Shown here in pieces: positions 17,167-25,838 of a stretch of DNA of 64,000 bases. Both the position numbers and the translations under genes were made by a program. Location of the stretch: NCBI GenBank assembly GCA_964584475.1, contig CAZPAF010000005.1, positions 13,998-77,997 on the forward strand, read 5' to 3'. The DNA is from an uncultured Lachnospiraceae bacterium. Its GTDB lineage: Bacteria; Bacillota; Clostridia; TANB77; CAG-508. How positions within the stretch are numbered: position 1 is the stretch's first letter; every line of letters starts with the position of its first letter. A model generated the notes under the pieces. The model searched no databases and was not told the origin of the DNA. It saw nothing but the letters and a program-made list of their open reading frames with translations.

Positions 17167-18540
17167 ATGTTAAAAAAGAACGAAGAATATATTGTAGAAA
17201 TAATTGATAATGGTTTTCAAGGAGAAGGGATAGCTAAAATTGATGGAATGACTATCTTTATTCCTGGTGGCATAAAAGGAGAAAAAGTAAAAATAAAAAT
17301 ATTAAAAGTTACTTCAAAAATTGCCTATGGAAAAATAATAGATATATTAGAAAAATCTGAAAACAGAGTTGATGAGGTAGATTGCATGACATTTTCAAGA
17401 TGTGGTGGTTGCGCGCTTCGCCATGTTGATTATGATACTACATTAGAAATGAAAAAAGTAGCAGTTGAAACAACTTTAAGAAAAGCTTTAGGAAGAGAAA
17501 TAAAAGTTAGTGAAGTTTTAAAAATGGATAAGCCATACAATTATAGAAATAAGCTTCAATATCCAGTAGGAATTGATAATAATGGAAATTCTGTTATGGG
17601 AGTATTTGCAGAAAGAACACATTCAATAATTCCAACAAAAGAATGCAAAATTCAAGATGCTTTAAGTCAACAAATTGCAAATGATATATTTGACTTTATA
17701 GTAGAAAATAATATAAAAGTTTATGATGAGAAAAATCTTACTGGAAGTATTAGACATATTGTAATTAGAAGTGGTAAAAAAACAAATGAAGTAATGATTA
17801 CATTGGTTACTAATAATGAAAAGATTGAAAAAGAAGAGGAACTAGTAAATTACATAACTTCAAAATATCAAGAAATAAAAACAATAGTAAAAAATATAAA
17901 CAACAAAAATACAAATGTTATTTTAGGAAGAGAAAATGAAGTTTTATTTGGAGATGGATATATTTATGATTATTTAGGAGAATTTAAATTTAAAATTTCT
18001 CCAATGTCTTTTTATCAAGTAAATCCAATTCAAACAGAAAAACTTTATAGTAAAGCAGTAGAATATGCCGGTTTAACTGGAGAAGAAACAGTATTTGATT
18101 TATATTGTGGAATTGGTACAATAGGAATTTTTGCATCAAAAAATGTTAAAAAGTTATATGGAATAGAAACTGTTCCTGAAGCTATTGAAGATGCTATGCA
18201 AAATGCTAAAGCAAATAACTTAGATAATGCAGAATTTTTTGTTGGTGATGTAGAAAAAACATTACCTGAATTTATAAAGGAAAGAAATATAAGTCCTGAT
18301 GTTGTGTTTGTTGATCCACCTAGAAAAGGTTGTGATAAAACAGCTTTAGATACACTTCTTCAAATCAAACCCAAAAGAATTGTTTATGTGAGTTGTAATC
18401 CAGCAACACTTGCAAGAGATTTAAAAATATTAGAAGAAAAATATGATTTAAAGGAAGTATCAATTTGCGATATGTTCCCTTTTACACATCATGTGGAGAG
18501 TGTTGTGAAATTATATTTAAGAGAGGTTGTAGATGAATAA
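17167..18540 (+). CDS. rlmD: 23S rRNA (uracil-C5)-methyltransferase, RumA/RlmD family (TRAM domain, 4Fe-4S Cys cluster, SAM methyltransferase)
   Basis: TRAM-like N-terminus (GEGIAKIDGMTIFIPGGIKGEKVKIKI), CMTFSRCGGCALRH, FYQVNP, DLYCGIGTIG, VDPPRKG, YVSCNPATLARD. Confidence 0.9.
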   Translation: MLKKNEEYIVEIIDNGFQGEGIAKIDGMTIFIPGGIKGEKVKIKILKVTSKIAYGKIIDILEKSENRVDEVDCMTFSRCGGCALRHVDYDTTLEMKKVAVETTLRKALGREIKVSEVLKMDKPYNYRNKLQYPVGIDNNGNSVMGVFAERTHSIIPTKECKIQDALSQQIANDIFDFIVENNIKVYDEKNLTGSIRHIVIRSGKKTNEVMITLVTNNEKIEKEEELVNYITSKYQEIKTIVKNINNKNTNVILGRENEVLFGDGYIYDYLGEFKFKISPMSFYQVNPIQTEKLYSKAVEYAGLTGEETVFDLYCGIGTIGIFASKNVKKLYGIETVPEAIEDAMQNAKANNLDNAEFFVGDVEKTLPEFIKERNISPDVVFVDPPRKGCDKTALDTLLQIKPKRIVYVSCNPATLARDLKILEEKYDLKEVSICDMFPFTHHVESVVKLYLREVVDE

Positions 18541-20128
18541 ATCTGAAATTGAGGCAAGTATTAGAGAAAAATATGATGATGAATATACAATAAAAATGTT
18601 TACTAACTTTGCGCTTGAATTCCAAGAATGTTTTTCGGATATAATTAGAACTGAAGAATTAATTGAAAGAATAAAGAAAAACATTTTAGGAAATATTGTA
18701 ATTAGAGAAGAGTTTGAAAACAAGAATTTGGATGGTAGATATTCAAGAGATGGTTATATTCAACTAAAGAAATCTGTGACAGAAAATGAAAGCTATACTA
18801 AGTATCTTCTTTTTCATGAAATGCTTCATGCAATAACATCTGTAAGAGATGAAAATGGAAATGAAGTTATGATGGGATTCTCATACTTAGAAAATAGCTA
18901 TGGAATGGGATTAAATGAGGCAATGACAGAATACTTAACTCAAATTAGAAATGAGAAGTTTGAGCCTAATAGAGAAAATTTGATTTCAGGATATAGAACA
19001 ATTGTTGAACAAATAAGAAGATTGATTTTAATTATAGGAGATAAAGAATTAAAGCAAGCATATTTTTACAATCCTAACGAATTAAAAAATATATTAAGCA
19101 AAAATAATATGAATTATGATGAACTTGAATTGGCATATAGAGAATTAGCAGGAAAAGATCATGATATTAATGCTATGGCAAGTGGAATTAAATTAGAAAA
19201 TAATGAAAATTATACACTACATAGATTTTCAGAAATTATTTTTTCTAATTATGCAAAAGCGCTTGGAGAAGTAAAATCTTTAGATGATTTAAAAAGAAAA
19301 TATAAAGTTTTTCAAACTTATTTTGACGGAAAATACGATTGCATTGGTTCTATGTTTTTAACATATTATCAAAACATAGGAAAAGATATTGATATGTTAT
19401 TAAAGCAAAAAGTTCCTTTTAATGATATTAAAGAAACTTTGCAAGGTTTAAATCTAAATATTAATAATGTGGCTGCTTGGTATAATTTCTCCAAATGTTT
19501 AGTTAAAGATAAAAATGATTCGGCAGCTAAATTATATGAATTTTATAATAAAAATCCACAAGCATATTTTGGCATATTTGCTCAAAGCTATGGGATTTTA
19601 TATGATCATTTTTCTGAATGTGATTCTAATCCAGGAAATGATGGATTATATAATGGCTATAGATATCCAATGGTAGGATGGTTTGTAAAAGAACATCCAG
19701 AAATGGATTTTTCAGAAGTTTCTTTTGATATTATGGAAGAAAGACATTCGAAAAAAGTTATGTTTATATTTTCAACAGCTGACGGAAAAAAACATGCATA
19801 CACAACAGATGGAGAAAAAGCCAAAAGAATTTTTGAAGAAGATGGAAGCGAAAGTTTTGAATATACGGTTAATGATAAATGTAAAGGAAAATTAACCTAT
19901 AAAAAAGATGGAACTTTAGGCTATTCCTTTAATTCAAGCAGTGATTTTGATTTAAAAGAATTTATGAATCATTTAGATTTTAAAATTCAACATACTTACA
20001 GTGAGAAAGAAGATATTGAATATTGGATAAGTCAAGGTGGAGATAAAGAGGGATTTTATTCAAAAGCATTAGATAGAATAAATAAGAGAATTGAAACTAG
20101 AAGAGAAGTGGATTTTTTTGATGTTTAA
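18533..20128 (+). CDS. Hypothetical protein with a zincin-like HExxH motif (putative metallopeptidase-like domain plus an unknown C-terminal half)
   Basis: LLFHEMLHAITS is followed about 25 aa later by GLNEAMTEY, a gluzincin-like third-ligand context. The start overlaps the rlmD stop by 8 nt. Confidence 0.65.
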   Translation: MNKSEIEASIREKYDDEYTIKMFTNFALEFQECFSDIIRTEELIERIKKNILGNIVIREEFENKNLDGRYSRDGYIQLKKSVTENESYTKYLLFHEMLHAITSVRDENGNEVMMGFSYLENSYGMGLNEAMTEYLTQIRNEKFEPNRENLISGYRTIVEQIRRLILIIGDKELKQAYFYNPNELKNILSKNNMNYDELELAYRELAGKDHDINAMASGIKLENNENYTLHRFSEIIFSNYAKALGEVKSLDDLKRKYKVFQTYFDGKYDCIGSMFLTYYQNIGKDIDMLLKQKVPFNDIKETLQGLNLNINNVAAWYNFSKCLVKDKNDSAAKLYEFYNKNPQAYFGIFAQSYGILYDHFSECDSNPGNDGLYNGYRYPMVGWFVKEHPEMDFSEVSFDIMEERHSKKVMFIFSTADGKKHAYTTDGEKAKRIFEEDGSESFEYTVNDKCKGKLTYKKDGTLGYSFNSSSDFDLKEFMNHLDFKIQHTYSEKEDIEYWISQGGDKEGFYSKALDRINKRIETRREVDFFDV

Positions 20129-20163
20129 AAATTAAAAATTTGTTGTGAAAAGAATTTTTATAT

Positions 20164-20205
20164 GATATATTATCTTTATTGAAAAAAAGATAATATATCT
20201 TTTTT
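20164..20205 (+). terminator. Intrinsic terminator (perfect 14-bp stem)
   Basis: GATATATTATCTTT (20164-20177) pairs with AAAGATAATATATC (20186-20199), followed by T6. Confidence 0.8.
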
Positions 20206-20279
20206 AATACAAGGGGAATTGTTAGTTTAAGAATTAAAATTAAAATGACGATTTATATACAAGAAAGGAAGGTCAATTT

Positions 20280-21194
20280 ATGACAGAAAATTTTGAAGAA
20301 TTATATAATCAATCTTTAAATAATAAAAGATTTGATAAAACAGTTACAGGAACAGTAATTCAAATATCTAGAAAAGGAGAAATTTTTGTAGATTTTAAAT
20401 ATAATGTTGATGGAATTATTCCAAGAAAAGAATATTCAGATGATGAAAATGCAAATCCAGCAGATGAATTTAAACCAGGAGATACAATTACAGCTGATGT
20501 TTTAAAATGGAATGACGGTTTAGGAAATGTTCTTTTATCATATAAGAGTTACCAAAAAAGAAATGCAGCTCAAAAAGAAAAAGAAGAAAAAATAAGACAA
20601 GCAGAAGAATATAAAAGACAAAAACAAGAAAGAGCAAAAACAGTTGCTGATTTCTGGAACAATTTAGAAGTAGGAAAAACATTTACCGGAACAGTTTCTA
20701 AAATAACAGATTATGGTGTATTTGTAGACTTAGGAGTTACAAATGGATTAGCCCATAAATCTGAACTTGTATGGGATAAAACAGAAAGCTTAGAAAATAA
20801 ATTTAAAGTAAATGATGTAATTGAAGTAAAAGTAAAATCATTTGATAGAGGGGAAAGAAAAATTGCTTTAGAATATCCAGGTAAAGGAGAAAATCCTTGG
20901 TTCAGTTTAGCAAACAAATATAAAGTAAGTGATGTTGTAACTTGTGAAGTTGTTAAATTTGCACCATTTGGAGCTTTTGTTGAGATAGAAAAAGGACTAG
21001 AAGGATTAGTTCATAATTCAGAAATAACAACTTTAAAAAGAGTTGTAAAACCAGAAGATGAATTAAAGATTGGTCAAAAAGTTAATGCTAAAATTATTAA
21101 TATAGACACAGAAAAAATGAAAATTGGATTATCTATAAAAGATTTAGAAGGAACATCTTCAGAATATGGATATGAAGATTATATATCAAAATAA
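20280..21194 (+). CDS. S1 RNA-binding domain protein (three S1 repeats separated by a Lys/Glu-rich linker)
   Basis: GTVIQISRKGEIFVDF, GTVSKITDYGVFVDLG...GLAHKSEL, CEVVKFAPFGAFVEIEKGLEGLVHNSEI. Confidence 0.8.
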   Translation: MTENFEELYNQSLNNKRFDKTVTGTVIQISRKGEIFVDFKYNVDGIIPRKEYSDDENANPADEFKPGDTITADVLKWNDGLGNVLLSYKSYQKRNAAQKEKEEKIRQAEEYKRQKQERAKTVADFWNNLEVGKTFTGTVSKITDYGVFVDLGVTNGLAHKSELVWDKTESLENKFKVNDVIEVKVKSFDRGERKIALEYPGKGENPWFSLANKYKVSDVVTCEVVKFAPFGAFVEIEKGLEGLVHNSEITTLKRVVKPEDELKIGQKVNAKIINIDTEKMKIGLSIKDLEGTSSEYGYEDYISK

Positions 21195-21200
21195 TTAATG

Positions 21201-21242
21201 AAAAATATCTTTGAATTATAAAAAATTCAAAGATATTTTTTG
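21201..21242 (+). terminator. Intrinsic terminator after the S1 gene
   Basis: AAAAATATCTTTGAATT (21201-21217) pairs with AATTCAAAGATATTTTT (21224-21240). Confidence 0.7.
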
Positions 21243-21269
21243 TTGTAAAAACCAAAATAATGCATAAAA

Positions 21270-21298
21270 TTGTAAAATTTATGTAAACGTGGTATAAT
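21270..21298 (+). promoter_or_regulatory. Sigma-A-type promoter with extended -10 (TTGTAA-17 nt-TGgTATAAT) for the GC-rich esterase cassette
   Basis: TTGTAA 21270-21275 and TATAAT 21293-21298, preceded by TGG. Confidence 0.55.
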
Positions 21299-21351
21299 AT
21301 AAGTAACGGTTGAAAAACCAAATAACACGCCGGAAGGCAGGAGGAATGTTT

Positions 21352-22389
21352 ATGAAAGTACGGTTTGTGGTTATTTTTGCGATAATATTAATGGTCATTG
21401 GCATTATTGTTACATGCTGCAATCTCGCAAATACAACCCCGAGTTCGAACGAAGCAGAAATGCAAACATCGCAGACAGAGACAAACAAAGAAACGGAGGT
21501 AACAGAAACACCAGAGACAACCGGGGAACCGGAAAAAGAAGAAACGCAGGTACCTGAAACAACCGAGACTCCTGAGACAGAAGGTACGAAAGCACCAGAA
21601 ACAACGGAAAAGTCGGATAATGAAGGTACGAAAACACCAGAAACAACTGAAGACCCGAAAACCCAAGATCCCACTACTAGCAAAGACGAAGAAGGAGCTG
21701 CCGAAGAGCACATAACATTTGAGAGTGAATACATTTGCGATGATGGAGTTATGCCTTATGCATTGTTTACACCCTCAAGTATCAATGAAAGCGAAAAGAC
21801 TCCTCTGATCGTATGGCTTCATGGCTCTGGCGAAGTAGGCGTTGGTGAAAAGACATTTTTCAACAGCGGTCTGCTGAAAGTTATGAGCAAATGGAGACGG
21901 CAGGGATTCAACGCTTATGTGATTTGTCCTCATTTGACAGGAAACTTTAATACCGGAAGATGGAACAAAGAATCCACAAGAGATAATCTTAAGGCATTAC
22001 TGGATAAGTTTATTGCTGAACACAATATCGATGCAAATCGTATTATTGTAGTAGGACATAGTCTTGGTGGACAAGGAGCTCTCTATATGGCATCTGAACT
22101 TCCTGGATATTTTTCACGATGCGTCGTTTTGAGTGGTTATAATCCCGGGATTGATATCAAAGGGATTAAAATTCCGACAATTGGTTTTGTTGGAACTAAA
22201 AACGCTGGTGAAGACGAAGGAAGCATAAGCTATATGAAACAGTATTTCATGGAAGTTTTTGGTGATGAAAATACCTTCTTCTTTGAAACGTCTCATTCTG
22301 GAATTCCTAACGCAGTGTTCAATTTTGATACTGATGATGACGATAAGTCTGATTTGGTTGAGTGGATGCTTGGCGAATTCGAATTCTAA
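21352..22389 (+). CDS. Secreted or lipoprotein alpha/beta-hydrolase (esterase/carboxylesterase-like) with an acidic Thr/Glu/Pro repeat linker
   Basis: Likely start ATG 21352 (7 nt after AGGAGG). Signal MKVRFVVIFAIILMVIGIIVTCC, linker with PETT/ETTE repeats, LIVWLHGSGEVG, and the nucleophile elbow GHSLGG. GC-rich relative to its flanks. Confidence 0.75.
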   Translation: MKVRFVVIFAIILMVIGIIVTCCNLANTTPSSNEAEMQTSQTETNKETEVTETPETTGEPEKEETQVPETTETPETEGTKAPETTEKSDNEGTKTPETTEDPKTQDPTTSKDEEGAAEEHITFESEYICDDGVMPYALFTPSSINESEKTPLIVWLHGSGEVGVGEKTFFNSGLLKVMSKWRRQGFNAYVICPHLTGNFNTGRWNKESTRDNLKALLDKFIAEHNIDANRIIVVGHSLGGQGALYMASELPGYFSRCVVLSGYNPGIDIKGIKIPTIGFVGTKNAGEDEGSISYMKQYFMEVFGDENTFFFETSHSGIPNAVFNFDTDDDDKSDLVEWMLGEFEF

Positions 22390-22440
22390 TGGTGAGAAGT
22401 ATAAGCAAATCATTTTCTAATAAGTATTGATCCTCAAAAA

Positions 22441-22479
22441 GGCTCAGAGAATTTATTTCTCTGAGCCATCTCTTTTTTA
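22441..22479 (+). terminator. Intrinsic terminator of the esterase cassette
   Basis: GGCTCAGAGAA (22441-22451) pairs with TTCTCTGAGCC (22457-22467), with a T-run shortly after. Confidence 0.7.
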
Positions 22480-22511
22480 TTGAAGATTGATTTTAGGATA
22501 TTAGGTTTTAA

Positions 22512-22540
22512 TTGAAAACAATAGATAATTATGATATATT
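22512..22540 (+). promoter_or_regulatory. Sigma-A-type promoter with extended -10 (TTGAAA-17 nt-TGaTATATT) of the polyamine operon
   Basis: TTGAAA 22512-22517 and TATATT 22535-22540, with TG at 22532-22533. Confidence 0.5.
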
Positions 22541-22569
22541 TATTTTGAAAATATTAAGGAGAAAGTAAT

Positions 22570-23022
22570 ATGAAAAATTTAATTAGTAATTTAAAAGAAA
22601 ATACAATTTTAATAATAAAAGATTTTGAATATGTAGTTAAAACAAAAACTTGGTATACTATAGAAGAAGATAAAAGTGCATCTTATATAAAATGTGAGTT
22701 AAATAACAATAAAGTTTTAGTTATTATTCCAGATGAGGAACTTATTTATATAGGTGAAGCGTTTGAGAATTTAAATTATGATAGAATTTCAGAAAATCAA
22801 ATAAAATATAAAGACATGATATTTACTAAAACAGGAGATGGACATCAAATTATTACTAATATTGAATTTGGTCAAGAAGATGAAGTAGAAGGAAAATGCA
22901 CATTTGAAGATTATGAATGTGAAAATAATATAATTAGCTTAGGAATCTTAACTGATAAAGATAACAAAATTGCAGATGTTTTTGCTGATATATTAGATTT
23001 AGATGAAATTAAAATTAAATAA
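22570..23022 (+). CDS. Small cytoplasmic protein, DUF4178-like (tentative)
   Basis: 150 aa. The pattern of two beta-rich halves (FEYVVKTKTWYTIEED...YIKCEL...VLVII ... IKYKDMIFTKTG...CTFEDYECENNIISLGI) fits my recollection of DUF4178. The genomic context with a GspS-family ligase supports the call. Confidence 0.5.
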   Translation: MKNLISNLKENTILIIKDFEYVVKTKTWYTIEEDKSASYIKCELNNNKVLVIIPDEELIYIGEAFENLNYDRISENQIKYKDMIFTKTGDGHQIITNIEFGQEDEVEGKCTFEDYECENNIISLGILTDKDNKIADVFADILDLDEIKIK

Positions 23023-23047
23023 GATGTAAAAAATAAAAGGAGAAAAA

Positions 23048-23908
23048 ATGTTAGGAATTATAATTGCAATAGTTTCTGCTATGTTTATGGCAGCAATGCA
23101 AATTTTATTAAAGAAAAGTTATAAAGAATTAGACCCATCTATTGCATTCTTTTTTGATGCAATGTTCGGAGTGTTAATTTGGATACCAGTAGGATTTATA
23201 TTTGGAGCAACAATTAAGGGAATTATTAATTGTTTAGTATATGCTATAATTTCTGCTATACTTTCTGAAGCATTAGTGTTTTATGCTTTATCAAAAGGAG
23301 ATTTAAGTATCTCAACTGTAATGATTGCGACTTATCCAATTTATACACTTCTATTTTCAAGATATATAAATAAAGAAATCCTATCTGGAGAACAATTAGT
23401 TTTTATAGTACTAACAATATTAGGAACTATTTTAACTTGTTTTGATAAAGATCTTAAAATAAAAAAATTAAAGAGTTTAACAATGCTGATTCCTATAATT
23501 ACAGCAGTAGCAATAGGACTATCAGATACTTTAACAAAAAAAGTAATAAATGAAACTTCTTCATTTAGTTTTTTAGTTGCGATTGCTATTGTACAAATCC
23601 CTGTGGCTTTAATATATTTAAAGATTGCAAAACAAAAATTCTCGAATATTTTTAAAGAACTAAAAATAGGGATGAAAGAATATAAATATTCGATTATTGG
23701 TTCTCTTTTAAATGTTTTAGGAACTGGATGTTTACTTGTGAGTTTTAATTATGGGATGGTATCAATTGTTTCTCCACTTACTGCAATATACACTCCAATA
23801 GTATTGATATATTCATTTATTTTTCTAAAAGAAAAAATAAACAAATTAAATTTTGCAGGAATTATTGCTGCTTTGATAGGTACATTTGGAATAATTATGC
23901 TTGGATAA
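23048..23908 (+). CDS. EamA/DMT-superfamily permease (10 TM)
   Basis: 286 aa with two repeated 5-TM EamA-like halves, very hydrophobic throughout. Confidence 0.8.
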   Translation: MLGIIIAIVSAMFMAAMQILLKKSYKELDPSIAFFFDAMFGVLIWIPVGFIFGATIKGIINCLVYAIISAILSEALVFYALSKGDLSISTVMIATYPIYTLLFSRYINKEILSGEQLVFIVLTILGTILTCFDKDLKIKKLKSLTMLIPIITAVAIGLSDTLTKKVINETSSFSFLVAIAIVQIPVALIYLKIAKQKFSNIFKELKIGMKEYKYSIIGSLLNVLGTGCLLVSFNYGMVSIVSPLTAIYTPIVLIYSFIFLKEKINKLNFAGIIAALIGTFGIIMLG

Positions 23909-23923
23909 ATAAAAGGAGAAATT

Positions 23924-25135
23924 ATGAAATTAGTTACTATACCAAAAGAAAAATATTATGAATATAGATTAGATGTTATGTTTGGTTGCTATAAATGGGA
24001 TCCACAATTTCTAGACAATAATACAATTGCTAAATATGCTTTAGTTATCTCAGAAGAAGAACATAAACAGTTAGAAGAATTAACAGAAAAAATAGATAAA
24101 GAAACAATTGAGGCTGAAGAATTTATAAACAAAAACTTAAAATTAGCAAAAACTTTAGCATTACCCAAAGAAATAACTAATGAATTAAAAAGAATGAAGA
24201 ATTATGATTCTGAAAAACACATTCGCTTAATGAGATATGATTTTCATCCAACTGAAGATGGAAAATGGGCAGTAAGTGAAGTAAATAGTGATGTGCCAGG
24301 TGGATTTGCTGAAAGTTCTTTAATGCCACAAGCTGCGATAAATGCTATAGAAAGTGAAAATTATTATTATAAAAACTTTGGCGAAATTTTAACAAATGCA
24401 ATTTCTAAAAAAATTGTTCTGGGTGGAAAAATAATGATGGTACATTGTACTTGCTATAGTGATGATAGACAAGTTATGCAATTTTTAGGTGATAAATTAA
24501 AATCTATGGGATTTAATATTATTTATGGTGCAGCAGATCACTTGAAATTTGAAAATAATATTGCCTATAGTCTATTAAGTGGAAATGAAGGAAAAGTAGA
24601 TGGAATTATACGATTTACACCACTTGAATGGTTAAAAGATATAAAACCTAAAACTTGGGATGGATATTTTGATACAATTACTCCATCATGTAACCACCCA
24701 GTTGCGATATTTGCACAAACAAAAAGATTTCCTCTTATTTGGGATGAATTAGAAAAAAATGGAATAAAACTAGAGACTTGGAGAAAATTACTTCCAGAAA
24801 CAATAGAAGTAAAAGATGCCAAAAATAAAGAAGGATTTATATTTAAGCCAGCATGTGGAAGAGTTGGAGAAAAAATTTCAATAAAAGAAGCGTGTAGAGA
24901 TAGTGAGTATGAAGAAATTTTAAAAGATGTAAAAAAACATCCAAAAGAATATTTAGCACAAAAGAAATTTGTTAGTAGGCCAGTGATAGATGAAGATGGA
25001 AACAAATTTCATGTTTGTTTAGGATCATATACAGTTGACGGGAAACATGGTGGATATTATGCAAGAATAGCAAATGCTCCACGTATTGATTCAAATGCAG
25101 CAGATATTCCTGTTTTAATAGAAAGGAACATGTAA
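23924..25135 (+). CDS. Glutathionylspermidine-synthase-family ATP-grasp ligase (YgiC/YjfC-like, no CHAP amidase domain)
   Basis: RLMRYDFHPTEDGKWAVSEVNSDVPGGFAESS, IIRFTPLEWL, HPVAIFAQTKRFPLIWDEL, FIFKPACGRVGEKISI and LGSYTVDGKHGGYYARI...IDSNAADIPVLIE align with GSP_synth family blocks. Confidence 0.8.
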   Translation: MKLVTIPKEKYYEYRLDVMFGCYKWDPQFLDNNTIAKYALVISEEEHKQLEELTEKIDKETIEAEEFINKNLKLAKTLALPKEITNELKRMKNYDSEKHIRLMRYDFHPTEDGKWAVSEVNSDVPGGFAESSLMPQAAINAIESENYYYKNFGEILTNAISKKIVLGGKIMMVHCTCYSDDRQVMQFLGDKLKSMGFNIIYGAADHLKFENNIAYSLLSGNEGKVDGIIRFTPLEWLKDIKPKTWDGYFDTITPSCNHPVAIFAQTKRFPLIWDELEKNGIKLETWRKLLPETIEVKDAKNKEGFIFKPACGRVGEKISIKEACRDSEYEEILKDVKKHPKEYLAQKKFVSRPVIDEDGNKFHVCLGSYTVDGKHGGYYARIANAPRIDSNAADIPVLIERNM

Positions 25136-25136
25136 T

Positions 25137-25787
25137 ATGACTGGAAAAGAAGTATATAAGATTTGGGCTCCTTTTGGCGCTAAATGGATTGACTGGGTAA
25201 GACCTGTTCCATTTGTACAAATTGATGATGAAGATTTTAAAATTTATAAAAATGAAAGTTTTAATATTCCTAAAATAAATTATATTAACGAATTAAAAGA
25301 AGACACAGCTATAATTGTAGACCTGCCAGAATATTATAGCATAAATGATGGAATTGCATTGAGTAAACTTGGATATAGACCAATTCCTGTATTTAATGGT
25401 ACAGCAGAGACTAAAGGGGCTAAAGCTACTGTAAATAATCATGCTGTAGAGTCTGGACTTATTTGGGGAGGAATTGAACTTCAAAATGTTGATTTAAAAC
25501 AAGATGCTCCACCAGTATTTTTAACTGATAGTAATCGTTTAAATAGATATAAATTAGATGTTTCTATTTTTGATAATAGTTGGGATTTATATCATCAAGA
25601 TTTGCCAAGTGCAGAATATTTTTTAGAAAATGGTATAAATAAAATTATAGTAAGAGGAAATAAATTTAATAAAGATTTAAATAAAATTTTATATAGACAT
25701 CAAGAAAAAGGAATGAAAATATATTTTACAGATGGATATGATGAACCTCAAGAAGTAAATTTAAAAAAAGTAAAAGATAAAAATTAA
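25137..25787 (+). CDS. Hypothetical protein (216 aa), translationally coupled to the ATP-grasp ligase
   Basis: The ATG overlaps the preceding stop region (TAATATG). No recognisable motif. Soluble. Confidence 0.7.
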   Translation: MTGKEVYKIWAPFGAKWIDWVRPVPFVQIDDEDFKIYKNESFNIPKINYINELKEDTAIIVDLPEYYSINDGIALSKLGYRPIPVFNGTAETKGAKATVNNHAVESGLIWGGIELQNVDLKQDAPPVFLTDSNRLNRYKLDVSIFDNSWDLYHQDLPSAEYFLENGINKIIVRGNKFNKDLNKILYRHQEKGMKIYFTDGYDEPQEVNLKKVKDKN

Positions 25788-25838
25788 AACTTGAAATTAA
25801 AAATAGATATCTTAATATTAAAGGGGACAAAAGAATTA

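Noticed and set aside
21279-21734. Three overlapping minus-strand ORFs (151, 107 and 78 aa) opposite the esterase N-terminal region
   Set aside because: They lie antisense to the Thr/Glu/Pro repeat linker and are composition and repeat artefacts (runs of V/S/F/C/L). The plus-strand gene has a promoter, SD, signal peptide and catalytic motifs.
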